64,000 nucleotides of DNA, from the NCBI GenBank assembly GCA_951406725.2, contig OX597830.1, positions 15,252,001-15,316,000 on the forward strand. The letters run 5' to 3'. The notes under the pieces were generated by a model. It worked only from the letters and a program-made list of their open reading frames with translations, was not told where the DNA came from and did no database searches. Made by a program: the position numbers and the translations under genes. The stretch comes from Octopus vulgaris (Eukaryota). Positions 14,132 through 27,209 of this stretch are shown in pieces; the first letter of the stretch is position 1, and every line of letters begins with the position of its first letter.

Positions 14132-15642
14132 TTAGTTAGTTAGTTAGTTAATTTGGCTCAAAAGCAAATAGCAAGGCCATGTAGGGGGACATGGAGTTAA
14201 GTACAGGGTGGTGTTCATGTAAAGAGTTCAGGCCACTTGAGGTCCAGGGAGGGTTTGAACAAAGCGGTCGTCGGCATCTTCACCATCTCGTCTGGCAGCT
14301 TGTTCCACGGATCCGCAACCCGGACGGAGAAAGCTCCTCTCCTTCGATTGAGATGAAATCGTCGCAGGTAGAGCTTTTCGGAATGACCCCGCAGCCGACG
14401 CTCCGGAGCAGGAGTGAAGAACAGCTCTTTCGAGAGGTTACACTTCCCGCTTATGATGTTGTGGGCGAGAATGAGATCACCACGGCGGCGGCGTTTTTCA
14501 AGAGAATAAAGGTCGAGCGTCCTCAGCCTTTCTTCGTAGGACAAATTTTTGAGACCATGAACCATGCGGGTAGCCAGCCTCTGGACTCTTTCGAGATGCT
14601 GTATGTCTTTGAGGAGATAAGGAGAAAAGGCTTGAATCCCATACTCCAATATGGGTCTCACCAGCGTGACATAGAGTGACAGGAATATGGCTGCTGTGAG
14701 CATTCCGAATGACCGTCGAATCAAAAACAGAATTCCGCGCGCTTTGTTGGCAGCATGGACGCACTGGGCCGAAGGCGCAAAGGAGGAATCCACCAAGATA
14801 CCCAGGTCCTTTACCTGATCGGTCCTCTCCAGCAGCAGACGACCCGGCTCGAAATCAAGTTGAGTTGCAGGTGTAGAGCCGACAGGCAGATGACAGCACT
14901 TTGACACGTTCAGACACAGGTCCCAATCGTTAGACCACTTCCAAATTTGGTGGAGGCATCGACGAAGATCCTCTATACTACCGCGAGGAGCGACCAGTTT
15001 GATATCGTCGGCAAATAGAAGGGTGTGTTGCGTGAGGTCGTCGGGCAAGTCATTTATGAAGACTAAGAACAACAAGGGCCCAAGCACTGAACCTTGAGGC
15101 ACGCCACTGCTCGCACTGGAGACGTCGGACCGCGAACCATTAACTTGAACTTGGAAGGAGCGATCTGAGAGGAAGGCACCAACCCATCGTACAATATCCG
15201 GATGGAAACTATATGCTTGAAGCTTGACAAGTAGTAGGCGGTGGTTTACCGAGTCAAAAGCTTTGGCAAAGTCCAATAAAACGATGTCAACAGCATCACT
15301 ATCATCGAGGATGCGCGTCACCAATTCTTCCATTACTAGTAAGTTGGTCAAGCATGATCTCTTCGGCACGAAGCCGTGTTGGGAATCAGTGATCGAGGCT
15401 GTGTTTAGGAGGTGGAGCATCATACTTTTCTTAAGGATGGTTTCGAACATCTTGCTGATTATTGATGTAAGGGAAACCGGTCGGTAGTTAAGCGGGTCTT
15501 CGCGGCTCCCTTTCTTGAAAATTGGGCAGATTATCGCTGTTCTCCAGTCTGCAGGTATAACACCCGTCGCCAATGACATATTGAATAGTCGTGTCAAGGG
15601 CTCGCAGATGACCGGAGCCAACGCTTTGATAACCCGTGGGTG
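14132..15642 (-). mobile_element. 5'-truncated CR1/L2-clade LINE, young
   Basis: (TAAC)n tail at 14132-14150, short 3' UTR, open RT frame; homology stops at HPRVIKAL (15642). Confidence 0.95.
14215..15621 (-). CDS. Reverse transcriptase (partial LINE ORF2, no endonuclease domain, no true start)
   Basis: NYRPVSLTS, QHGFVPKRSC, DFAKAFDSVNH, GVPQGSVLGPLLF, LFADDIKL, VKDLGI, LSYEERL, RGHSEKL; 468 codons without a stop. Confidence 0.95.
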   Translation of the reverse strand: MAPVICEPLTRLFNMSLATGVIPADWRTAIICPIFKKGSREDPLNYRPVSLTSIISKMFETILKKSMMLHLLNTASITDSQHGFVPKRSCLTNLLVMEELVTRILDDSDAVDIVLLDFAKAFDSVNHRLLLVKLQAYSFHPDIVRWVGAFLSDRSFQVQVNGSRSDVSSASSGVPQGSVLGPLLFLVFINDLPDDLTQHTLLFADDIKLVAPRGSIEDLRRCLHQIWKWSNDWDLCLNVSKCCHLPVGSTPATQLDFEPGRLLLERTDQVKDLGILVDSSFAPSAQCVHAANKARGILFLIRRSFGMLTAAIFLSLYVTLVRPILEYGIQAFSPYLLKDIQHLERVQRLATRMVHGLKNLSYEERLRTLDLYSLEKRRRRGDLILAHNIISGKCNLSKELFFTPAPERRLRGHSEKLYLRRFHLNRRRGAFSVRVADPWNKLPDEMVKMPTTALFKPSLDLKWPELFT

Positions 15643-15837
15643 TAATTTTTAACTTGTTATTCTAACCCAGATTACCGATTAATTCTTTATTTACTCCTCT
15701 TCATATCATTTGTCGGCCATTTACTTTACAATTACGCTAGTCTAGAAATTTCGTTAAAGCTAGGTACACCATAAACCAAGCTTCGTGGATAGGTGAAAAA
15801 AATAAGAGCCGGCCATATTACTTTCAGCGATATTGCA

Positions 15838-16250
15838 TACTCTTTTACTCTTTTACTTGTTTCAGTCATTTGACTGCGGCCATGCTGGAGCACCGCCTTT
15901 AATCAAGCAACTCGACCCCGGGACTTATTCTTTTTTGTAAGCCCAGTACTTATTCTATCGGTCTCTTTTGCCGAACCGCTAAGTAACGGGGACGTAAACA
16001 CACCAGCATCGGTTGTCAAGCAATGCTAGGGGGACAAACACAGACACACAAACACACACACGCACACATATATACATATACATATATACGACGGGATTCT
16101 TTCTGTTTACGTTTACCAAATCCACTCAGAAGGCTTTGGTCGGCCCGAGGCTATAGTAGAAGACACTTGCCCAAGGTGCCACGCAGTGGGACTGAACCCG
16201 GAACCATGTGGTTGGTAAACAAGCTACTTACCACACAGCCACTCCTGCGC
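15838..16250 (-). mobile_element. SINE family B, full length
   Basis: Complete from head (gcgcaggagtggctgtgtggtaag) to tail (gagtaaaa)n. Confidence 0.93.
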
Positions 16251-16574
16251 ATGCGAAAGATTTTTATTCAAACTAAATAAAAAGATTTCGATGTTTATAT
16301 TTTAGATTTATGAGTCATAATGTAAAGATGGATAAGACGACTTTCATTTTGATTCTCCACTACGATACATGGATTAAATATTTTTTCCTTCTTGCCACAT
16401 TGTGGTTCAAAGGCTATCTTTTAGTCTTCTCATTGTGTTTCAATCCTCGTGAAAGCCACCCTGGAAAGTATCAAATTACCTTAAATTTCAATTTTTAAAA
16501 CAATTTTTCCCCGAAACTTCGAAATTCATCATGTTGTACTTATCTCGCAAAGATTTGTTGTTGAAACGGTAATA

Positions 16575-17195
16575 TTGGTTTCCAATTTTGGCAGGAGGCT
16601 ATCAAGTTCGAGTGAAGGGAGTAAGTCGATTACATCGGCCCCAATGCTCAACTGGTACTTCTTTTATCGACCCCAGAAGGATGAAAGACAAAGTCAACCT
16701 CAGAGGAATTTGAACTAAAGGACGAAAGGCCTCTAAGCATTTTGCCCAGTGAGTTAACGATTCTATCAGCTCGCCGCCTTATAAAAGAACGATCGGTTTC
16801 AAATTTTAGCATAAGTCCAGCAATTTCGGGGAAGGGGTAAATCGATTGCATCAACCCCAGTACACGACTGGTATTTATTTTATCGACCTCCAAAAGGATG
16901 AAAGGCAAAGCCGACCTCAGCAGAAATTGAACTTAGCATACAAAGTCGAAAGAAACTCTGCTAAGCATTTTTTCCAGCGCAGTATCGATTCTTCCAGCCC
17001 GCCGCCTAAAACTATCGGTTTAAAATTTTGGTACAAGGCCACCAAGTTCGGGGGAGGGGAAAAGTCGATTACATCCGCCCCCAGTACTCGACTGCTATTT
17101 TTTTTATTGGCCACCGAAAGAATTCAAAACGTAATGACGGACGAAATAACGCTAAGCATTTTTACCGGAGTGTTTACGATTCAACCGGCTCGCTG
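16575..17195 (-). mobile_element. Three consecutive old SINE A copies
   Basis: Units at ~16575-16780, 16795-17007 and 17015-17195, each with aaattttggca/ta(c)aagg tail and agctcgccgcc-like head. Confidence 0.8.
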
Positions 17196-17215
17196 TTTTA
17201 TAAATGAACAAAATA

Positions 17216-17626
17216 GGCGCAGGAGTGGCTGTGTGGTAAGTAGCTTGTTTACCAACCACATGGTTCCGGGTTCAGTCCACTGCGTGGCACCTTGGGCAAG
17301 TGTCTTCTACTATAGCCTCGGGCCGACCAAAGCCTTGTGAGTGGATTTGGTAGACGGAAACTGAAAGAAGCCCGTCGTATATATGAATATATATATATAT
17401 GTATATATATGCGTGAGTGTGTTTGTCCCCCTAGCATTGCTTGACAACCGATGCTGGTGTGTTTATGTCCCCGTTACTTAGCGGTTCGGCAAAAGAGTCC
17501 GATAGAATAAGTACTGGGCTTACAAAAAGAATATGTCCCGGGATCGAGTTGCTCGATTAAAGGCAGTGCTCCAGCGATGGCCGCAGTCAACTGACTGAAA
17601 CAAGTAAAAGAGAGAGTAAAGAGTAA
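17216..17626 (+). mobile_element. SINE family B, full length
   Basis: A-box tggctgtgtgg, B-box-like gggttcagtcc, core, internal microsatellite, tail. Confidence 0.93.
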
Positions 17627-19398
17627 AATATCAGCAACAAACATAAAGATACTTTGATATTATTAAAAAAGAAATAAAGAAATAATATAACCCTGAGTGT
17701 ATTTTCAACGGTGAAATCAAGTTCTCCGTTTACAATACACTCATATTTGTTTAGTTTTACTTATCAATCAGTGACAAGTATTAAGTATTAATCTAATGCT
17801 CTCATCGGTTGCAGTTCCTGAAAATATTTTGACATCCTGTCCTCAAATGTTTATATTGTCGTTTGCTTAACACTTGTACTAATTCCCTTTTATTTATTCC
17901 TTAATCTCTTTAAACGTATAATTGTTATCCTTATCTGTCAAATATCCCAGGAGTCATAATTGGCCATATTTCCCCTCTTACTGACTGTAATTTTGAGGAC
18001 AATGACAAGCAGCATAATCTTTACACTAATAGATCAGCAATGGATGAGACTGTTATAAAAGGTGAAGAAGAACCTCACGTGGTACAGGTATACAGTGCTA
18101 CTGCTGCTGCTACTGCTGCTGCTTGTTGTTGTTAAGCAACAAGGTGGGTAAGGGTGATTAGGTGATGGTCTAGGGCTTAGGGGCGGGAGACCCCAGACCT
18201 TGGAGAAAAAAGAAAAACTTTGGTCGTCTTGTTGTAGTCGAGGGCTCTTCATTGACGCCCGACACCACTGGGAGGTGGCCCTCGAAGTCACTGGAAATGG
18301 AGATCTCCAGGTCCGAATTCTTGGACAGCTGCTGCTGCTTAGTCAACATCTACCTGCTCTCCTATTCGGCTTTGATCAGGAAGACCTCAGATCAAAGGTA
18401 ATTCAGAATTGACAATTTCGACTTTATTCAGACAATATATTTAGGCCTACATTAAACAATGTGCCCCCTTTTTTTAAAGTAATGTAGGGTGTGGTTTGAG
18501 AAGAAATTGACTACTATTTCTTGCAGGTCGAGTGAGCTACATAGAGACTTCCTTGCTAGTTACAGCAGGCAGCGCAGATAGAACACTTCACGTGGTACAT
18601 CTAAATATAATAACTAACATTTATTACAGTATAAAAGGTATAATATATAATAATAAACAGTCAACAGCTAGTAATATGAATAGAGGTGCAACACTGAGAA
18701 GGAAGCTATAATGTTTCAAACATATATGGCCGTCGTCAACATGACCAATATCGAAATCACACAATCTAAGTAAAAATATCGATTTTTTTCCTTTTACTAC
18801 ACAGATGACTATTGATGTAGGAGAATAAAGTCAATTGATCCTAGTATATTACTTATTTTTATCGATCTAAGCAACGATCGATCGCAAGATAGGTAAAACT
18901 GAACCTAGAGAGACTTCAATACAGATCGGCGAAGTACTAAAGTTGATAGCGTCATCGTATCTGGGAACGTGCCCCGGCGTTTCGTCTTCCATTCATACAC
19001 ACGCTTCACGATTGATTCAAAGGTTATTTTCGCAATTATAGATGTTTATGTAACTGTTTTGTTCTTCGCCAAGATTTCATTCATGATTTCACAAGGGAAA
19101 AGAAACATGAAAGAAAATAAATGCGAGCATAAAAATCAAGAAGTAATTTAACAAAAATCACATTGTAGACTTTGCAAGATAGCTTCCAGCAACGACATTC
19201 TTGTTAAACTTGAATGACTGCTCTTGAAATAGGATTCAGCCGTACAGTTTGCTTGGAAGAATTTATCATTTACTGAGTCTTAAGCTACACTACACGTGTG
19301 TGGATTTTTCTTTTATAGCAGTAAAGACAATACACGTGTAAACATTAATTTCTAGTATTGTTAGTATTACTGGTTGGATAATATTGACATTAATGTAG

Positions 19399-20460
19399 AG
19401 CGGCGAGCTGGCAGAAACGTTAGCACGTCGGGCGAAATGCTGAGCAGTATTTCGTCTGCCGCTTCGTTCTGAGTTCAAATTCCGCCGAGACCGACTTTGC
19501 TTTCTATCCTTTCGGGGTCGATTAAATAAGTACCAGTTACGCACTGGGTCAATATAATCGACTTAATCTATTTGTCTGTCCTTGATTGGCCTCTCTGTGT
19601 TTAGCCCCTTGTGGGTAGTAAAGAAATGGGTAATCGACTTAATCCGTTTGTCTTCTCTGTGTTTAGCCCCTTGTGGGTAGTAAAGAAATAGGTATTTCGT
19701 CTGCCGCTACGTTCTGAGTTCAAATTCCGCCGAGGTCGACTTTGCCTTTCATCCTTTCGGGGTCGATTAAATAAGTACCAGTTACGCACTGGGGTCGATA
19801 TAATCGACTTAATCCGTGTGTCTGTCCTTGTTTGTCCATCCTGTGTGTAGCCCCTTGTAGGTAGTAAAGAAATAGGTATTTCGCCCCTCGCTAAGTTCTG
19901 AGTTGAAATTCTGCCGAGGTCGACTTTGCCTTTCATCCTTTCGGGGTCGATTAAATAAGTACCAGTTACGCACTGGATCAATATAATCGACTTAACCCCT
20001 TTGTCTGTTCTTGTTTGTTCCCTCTATGTGTTTAGCCCCTTGTGGGTAGTAAAGAGATAGGTATTTCGTCTGTCATTACGTTCTGGGTTCAAATTTCGCC
20101 GAGGTCGACTTTGCCTTTCATCCTTTCGGGGTCGATTAAATAAGTACCAGTTACGCACTGGGGTCAATATAATCGACTTAATCCGTGTGTCTGCCCTTGT
20201 TTGTCCCCTCTATGTGTAGCCCCTTGTGGGCAGTAAAGAAATAAGAATCATTAGCACACCGAGCGAAATGCTTAGCGGCATTTCGTCCGTCCTTACGTTC
20301 CGAGTTCAAATTACGCTGAAGTTGAATTTGCCTTTCGTGTTTTCGGTATCGATAAAATAAGTATCAGTTGAGCACAGGGGGGGTCGATATAATCGACTTA
20401 CCCCCTGCCCCCGCCTCCACCCCCGAAATTTCTGGCCTTGTGCCAAAATCTGAAACCAAT
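19399..20460 (+). mobile_element. SINE A head-to-tail multimer (six units)
   Basis: Restarts at 19629, 19691, 19875, 20060 and 20245; outer TSD-like aatattgacattaatgt (19380) / aatattggcattaacgt (20458). Confidence 0.92.
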
Positions 20461-21190
20461 ATTGGCATTAACGTTACCAAATTTATTCTGAGGAGGTGTC
20501 GATTTTCCATGTAAAATACCAGAATGATATCAGCAAAATTAAATTGGAAAATGAAACCCTTTCTGCGAAATGAGTAATTCTACTGAAATGTCAGGTAGGT
20601 TTACCACCATATACACACACACGCACACACACATATATAGATATATATATACAGTACACACTACACACATTCACATGCATAAACTCGCACACTAAGCACA
20701 CACATATATACAACAAAAACGCATGCGCACACATATTTCACGAAATATCTAGCAACATAAATTAACTGAGATTGGGTCCAATATATTAAACAGTAGTCTC
20801 AGTTTGCAGAATAGAGTGAACTAACAAAACAAGCAAAAACAAAAGATGAAAGTCTCCAGCAACACAGATTTCCGATAAATTAATAATTTAATGATCGTTC
20901 TAAATGAAGAGAATAGTTTTGGCATTATTTTCTTTTAATTTTGTTTTCCTTATGCGTTGCCAAATATTAAAAAGTGATTAAAAATAAACATTTTCTGAAA
21001 GCTGAAAATTTTTTTTCTGTTTATTTGATTCGGCATTATTTTATTTTCCCTCGAATTCATTAATTTATTTTTCTAATATAGAATAAAATTCTTCATAGCA
21101 ACGATGCGGTAAATAGCTGTACATAATAATCATAGTAAATGTCTCATCAAAAAGCTTTAATGCAAAGATGCAGTGGAATCTGTCTCCTGC

Positions 21191-21234
<44 letters not shown>

Positions 21235-21779
21235 ACCATCGTAATACTCAGATATTGCAGTATAACGGAGGATAAGCTACTCCGTTAGACACAGATCAAT
21301 TGTTACAAGAGGTGGGTGGGAGGGAGTGCTGATAGAGTTGGTAATATTGACAAATGATTGGAGATATTTATCTGTGATACGGATTAGGGTGAAATTTAAC
21401 CAAGAATAAACATCTCTAACTCACAGCAGACTAGAAAATATTCTATTGGCAGTCGAAGCTAAATCAGAACACGAATAGGAAAATTAAGACTAAAGGCTAT
21501 CAAATCAAGGCTTCGGTGGTTCAAATCCTTTGAGCAGCACTGTTCTTCGTCTAACATTAAGGTACTTCGTTTCCAACAACGCAGCTTGCATAGTTGTAAG
21601 TTGGTGACCAAGGAGAGTTGATTCCTTGCTCTAAGCACCGACAGCACTGTAAGATTAACGAGTGTTTGAGGAGCTCTCTTGCAGGGTTGGGTTTCAGTCC
21701 TTCCCAGCGTCTGTGTCCTAATACAATGGTTAATAGAGTGGCTATGTTTTCTGCTCTGTTACCAATAATCTGAAAGATA

Positions 21780-22070
21780 TATGGTTAAGAAGCACGCATT
21801 TCAACTACATGGTTTCGGGTTCAGTCCCACAGTGCGGCACCTTGGGCAAGTGTCCTGTTATAGAACCCGATCGACCAATGCCTTGTACGTAAATTTCGTC
21901 GAAGGAAACTGTGTGGAATCCTGCCATATATTTGTGTGCGTGTGTGTGTTTGTGTTTACTTCATCATCACACGACAGGACAACCGGCGTTGGCTGGTTTA
22001 CGTCCTCATGACTTGGCGGTTCGGTAAATGAGACCGACAGAATAAGTGCAATACTTAAAATAAGTACTTG
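21780..22070 (+). mobile_element. SINE family B (decayed)
   Basis: gggttcagtcccac..ggcaccttgggcaagtg core. Confidence 0.75.
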
Positions 22071-22103
22071 ATACATTTTGAATTAACGGTAAGATATTAC
22101 TAA

Positions 22104-22518
22104 GGCGGTTAGCTGGCAGAAACGTTTGCACGCTGGGCAAAATGCTTAGCGGAATTTCGTCTGTCGCTACGTTCTGAGTTCAAATTCCGCCGAGGTCGAC
22201 TTTGCCTTTCATCCTTTCGGGGTCGATAAATTAAGTACCAGTTACGCACTGGGGTCGATATAATCGACTTAATCCGTTCGTCTGTCCTTGTTTGTCCCCT
22301 CTATGTTTAGCCCCTTGTGGATAGTAAAGAAATAGGTATTTTGTCTGTCTTTATGTTCTGAGTTCAAATTCCGCCGAGGTCGACTTTGCCTTTCATCCTT
22401 TCGGGGTCGATAAACTAAGTACCAGTTACGCACTGGGGTCGATGTAATCGACTTAATCCCTTTGACTGTCCTTGTTTGTCCTCTCTGTGTTTAGCCCCTT
22501 GTGGGTAGTTAAGAAATA
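22104..22518 (+). mobile_element. SINE A dimer with perfect 16-bp TSD
   Basis: ggtaagatattactaa at 22088-22103 and 22519-22534; second unit restarts at ggtattt (22335). Confidence 0.95.
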
Positions 22519-23293
22519 GGTAAGATATTACTAACCAAACCAACGTAGGAGTCTGTAGAAATAACGACAAAAACTCCCTCGAACTATACCCTGGTGTATT
22601 GGATAAGGAAAGGACACGTTATATTGTGCTACGTGCAATATTGTTCTATGTATCAGGGGATGGTCACATTTGGAATGCATTTAATCACTGTTCTGCACAA
22701 TGAGTGCTCATTTAGGGCTAAGCAATGACAACAACAGCAACAACAACATTTAAACATGCTCATATATAATCAGGGAGATTTTGATTTTGAATTTTTCCGG
22801 TATACTCTCTCAAGTCAGCCAAAGACGGCAGAATTGTTGGAGCGTGAAACAAAATGGTGAGCGAGAATTTAATTACATTTTCATTTAAAATGTCGCTGAA
22901 ATCAATTTATATTTCATCCTTCCGGTACCGATAAAATAAACAGAATACTGCACTCAGTCACCGAGATTACATTTATTGACATTTATTGATGGAAGAAATG
23001 CAAAGTCGATCTCAGGCGGATTTGAACTGAGAACGGAGAGAGACAAAAGATACGGCGCTGAGCATCTTTGTATGCAAAGCTCTAGCGATTCTACATATCA
23101 GAGTTCCATCCGTAAATATAGGCCAAAAGGCGCAAAACAAACGTTTCTCATACGTTTGTCACAAGGTCGTACACGAGACTCATATATTGTCAAGATGCAA
23201 GATGAGGCAGGTAAGGTGGAGAGAAAGAGGAAAGGCGATTTACGTATATATAAATATATACAAACATATGTATATACAAATTACATGCGAACA

Positions 23294-23359
<66 letters not shown>

Positions 23360-23494
23360 TCAGGCACGCACATATCAAGATTCTAATTCGCCATAGCGAT
23401 ACAAATAACTTGATGTTAGAACTCAATACACAGCTGTAAGATAATGAAGACAATTACGCGATTCTTGTTCCATTGTCATCTGTTTGATTTCATA

Positions 23495-23901
<407 letters not shown>

Positions 23902-24239
23902 TGAAATATGTATGCATGATATATGTATGTATGCCTCTGCGTAATACTAAGGTAGCCTCCCGGCAAATAGTGGTGGTGCTTACGTGTATGTACGGTAGAC
24001 AGCCGTACAATTAATCTCTCTGTATTCTCTGTAGTAGCACACATGTCAGTACAGAGCTGGAATTTATTTTGCTGCAGCAATTAATTATGAAAATATCGTG
24101 TTGCGATAAATAAAAACTGAATTGAGTTGTTGCAAAACAACTCCGGCTTTATTTTATTTAGCGAGGAGGATACGAGATAGGTAAGTAGGTAGGTAATGTG
24201 CGTCCCCTCTAGCAGAACAGCTATTGCGGGTGTATAAGT

Positions 24240-24315
24240 GTGTGTGTGTGCGTGTGTGCACCTCAGTGTACATATATACACACACATATACATAGAAACT
24301 TATACATATACATTC

Positions 24316-24370
<55 letters not shown>

Positions 24371-24554
24371 CATATATATGCATACATATATATATATTTA
24401 TATATATATACATACATATATATGCATACATATATATATATTTACATATATATACATACACATATACATATATATATATATATAATATATATGTGTGAAT
24501 GTGTGTGCGTAATTGAGTATATACTTGTATATATATATGTATATATATATATGC

Positions 24555-24637
<83 letters not shown>

Positions 24638-24988
24638 TACATACATATACATATACATAAACATATAAGTACGAGTATATATGTATGTATGTATATATGT
24701 ATGTACACACACATATACGTGCATATACATACATATTTCTGACGTTCTTTGTTGAAAGGAATTAGGGGTCGTAACCAAGGGTTTTATGCCATCCTACACT
24801 GGTTGTTAGGGATTACTCAATGAAGCTGACAATTGTTGCCGGTCAATGATTTGAAGAAAAGCATGGTTGAGTTATATAGTTACAGACATAATGAAAGGGT
24901 GGGTGCGCATGCGCACGAGCCTGTGAGTGTGTAAATGTACACAATAGTTAAAGTATTGTCCATAATTATTATACTTCAGGCATTTTAC

Positions 24989-25024
<36 letters not shown>

Positions 25025-25098
25025 GGAGAGAGATAGATAGATATAGACAGATATATATATATAGAGAGAGAGATAGATAGATAGATAGATATAGACAG

Positions 25099-25131
<33 letters not shown>

Positions 25132-25219
25132 TTGATAGATAGATAGGTAGATAGATAGATTGATACATACATACGTAGATACATACATACATACATACAT
25201 ACATACATACATACATACA

Positions 25220-25253
<34 letters not shown>

Positions 25254-25260
25254 CATACAT
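24240..25260. repeat. (TA)n/(CATA)n/(GA)n microsatellite field
   Basis: Directly visible. Confidence 0.95.
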
Positions 25261-25261
25261 A

Positions 25262-25615
25262 GGCACAGGAGTGACTGTGTAGTTAGAAGTTAGCTTCCCA
25301 ACTACACGATTCTGGGTTCAGTCCCACTGTGTGACATTTTGAGCGTATGTCTTCTACTATAGCCCTGGGCCGACTAAAGCATTTGCGAGTGGATTTGGTG
25401 GACGGAAACTGAAAGAATCCCGTCTTTGTGAGTGTGTGTGTGTGTAACAGCCGGTACTAGTGTTTTTACGTCAAGCGGTTCGGCAAAAGAGTCCGATAGG
25501 ATAACTACAAGGCTTATGAAAACACAACGGAACGGGTTCGATCCATTCGACTAAAATTCTTGATGGCCGCAGTCTAACAATTGAAATGAGTTGAGGATGG
25601 AAGAGAAGAGAGAAG
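25262..25615 (+). mobile_element. SINE family B (decayed)
   Basis: Head ggcacaggagtgactgtgtag and recognisable body. Confidence 0.8.
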
Positions 25616-25732
25616 ATATGAAATATAACAGACTGTGCTTATGGAGTTGCATATGCAAATATATAAAAAAATAGACGTGGTTGAATAGCTAATCGGTCAC
25701 AGTCATGGGGTACTGGAACTGATCTCAGCTTC

Positions 25733-25990
25733 AGCTATTGTCTTCTGCCTAAACCTTATGTTTAGCTATTGTTTTCTGCCTAAACCTCAACCTCATGCTT
25801 GAGCTATTGTTTTCTGCCTAAGCCTCTGGCTTGGGCTGTGGTTTTCTGCCTAAACTTCATGCTTGAGCCATTATTTTCTGCCTAAGCCTCTGGCTTGGGC
25901 TGTGATTTTCTGCCTAAACTTCATGCTTTAGCTATTGCTTTCTGCCTGAACCTGATGTTTGAGCTATTGTTTTCTGACTAAAATCTCATG
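25733..25990. repeat. Minisatellite, about 8 units of ~26-35 bp (gagctattgttttctgcctaaacctcatgctt)
   Basis: Recurrent ttctgccta core. Confidence 0.9.
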
Positions 25991-26121
25991 CCAAACTTTT
26001 GACCATAAATGAGTAGATATATTTGATGATTCGCTCATTCAGGTTCAGAATTACGTTAATCGTGTGTTTCGAGTATTCAGTGTCGCATATTGAACGTCTC
26101 AATATGTAAGCTGTTCTCAAA

Positions 26122-26580
26122 TGCGGCGAGCTGGCAGAAACGTTAGCACGCAGGGTGAAATGCGTAGCCGTATTTCGTCTGTCTTTACGTTCTGAGTTCA
26201 AATTCCACCGAGGTCAACTTTGCCTTTCATCCTTTCGGGGTCGATAAATTAAGCACCTATTTCTTTACTACCCACAAGTATCTAAACACAGAGCGGACAA
26301 ACAAGGACAAACAAACGGATTAAATCGATTATATCGATCCCAGTGCGTAACTGGTACTTATTTAATCGACCCCGAAAGGATGAAAGGCAAAGTCGACCTC
26401 GGCGGAATTTGAACTCAGAACGTAGCGGCAGACGAAATACCGCTGAGCATTTCGCCCGGCGGGCTAATGATCCTACCAGCTCGCCGCCTTAAATTAAGTA
26501 CCAGTTATGTACTGAAGTCGATCTAATCGACTGCCCACCAAAAAAAAATTTCGGACCTTGTGCCTAGAGTGGAAAATAAT
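26122..26580 (+). mobile_element. SINE A with a nested antisense SINE A (26258-26489)
   Basis: Outer TSD aatatgtaagctgttc (26101, 26578); inner TSD taaattaag(c/t)acc (26245, 26490). Confidence 0.95.
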
Positions 26581-26844
26581 ATGTAAGCTGTTCCGTTCAT
26601 CCACCAATGAAATACGTGACGTCGAAACCGTCTGTTCGTATAACACTCATATGGTATTTACGTGTACGGACATACGCACGCTCACGCACATGCATGCACG
26701 CGTGCACGCACAGATCTTTCGCAAACGGGAACACACACGCGAAAACAGATAATCACATGTATGAACGCATATACAAATATAGTCCACGAAGCGCTTCGTA
26801 ACTACTCGGAGTTTCATGCATGATGCAATCGCCCAGATTTTAGG

Positions 26845-26980
<136 letters not shown>

Positions 26981-27130
26981 GTGTGTGTGCGTGTGTGTGT
27001 GTGTACGTATGCATATATATATATATATCCCTTATATATAGGGATACACACACACACACATATATATATGCATATTCATTCTTTTGGAAGTTTTCCAACA
27101 CCATTTTGTGTGTGCGTTTCTATGTATGAA

Positions 27131-27209
<79 letters not shown>

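Noticed and set aside
14191-14679. 162-aa plus-strand ORF
   Set aside because: Antisense shadow of the LINE RT frame.
19399-20460. Retrozyme interpretation of the SINE multimer
   Set aside because: No hammerhead core recognised on either strand; unit lengths vary.
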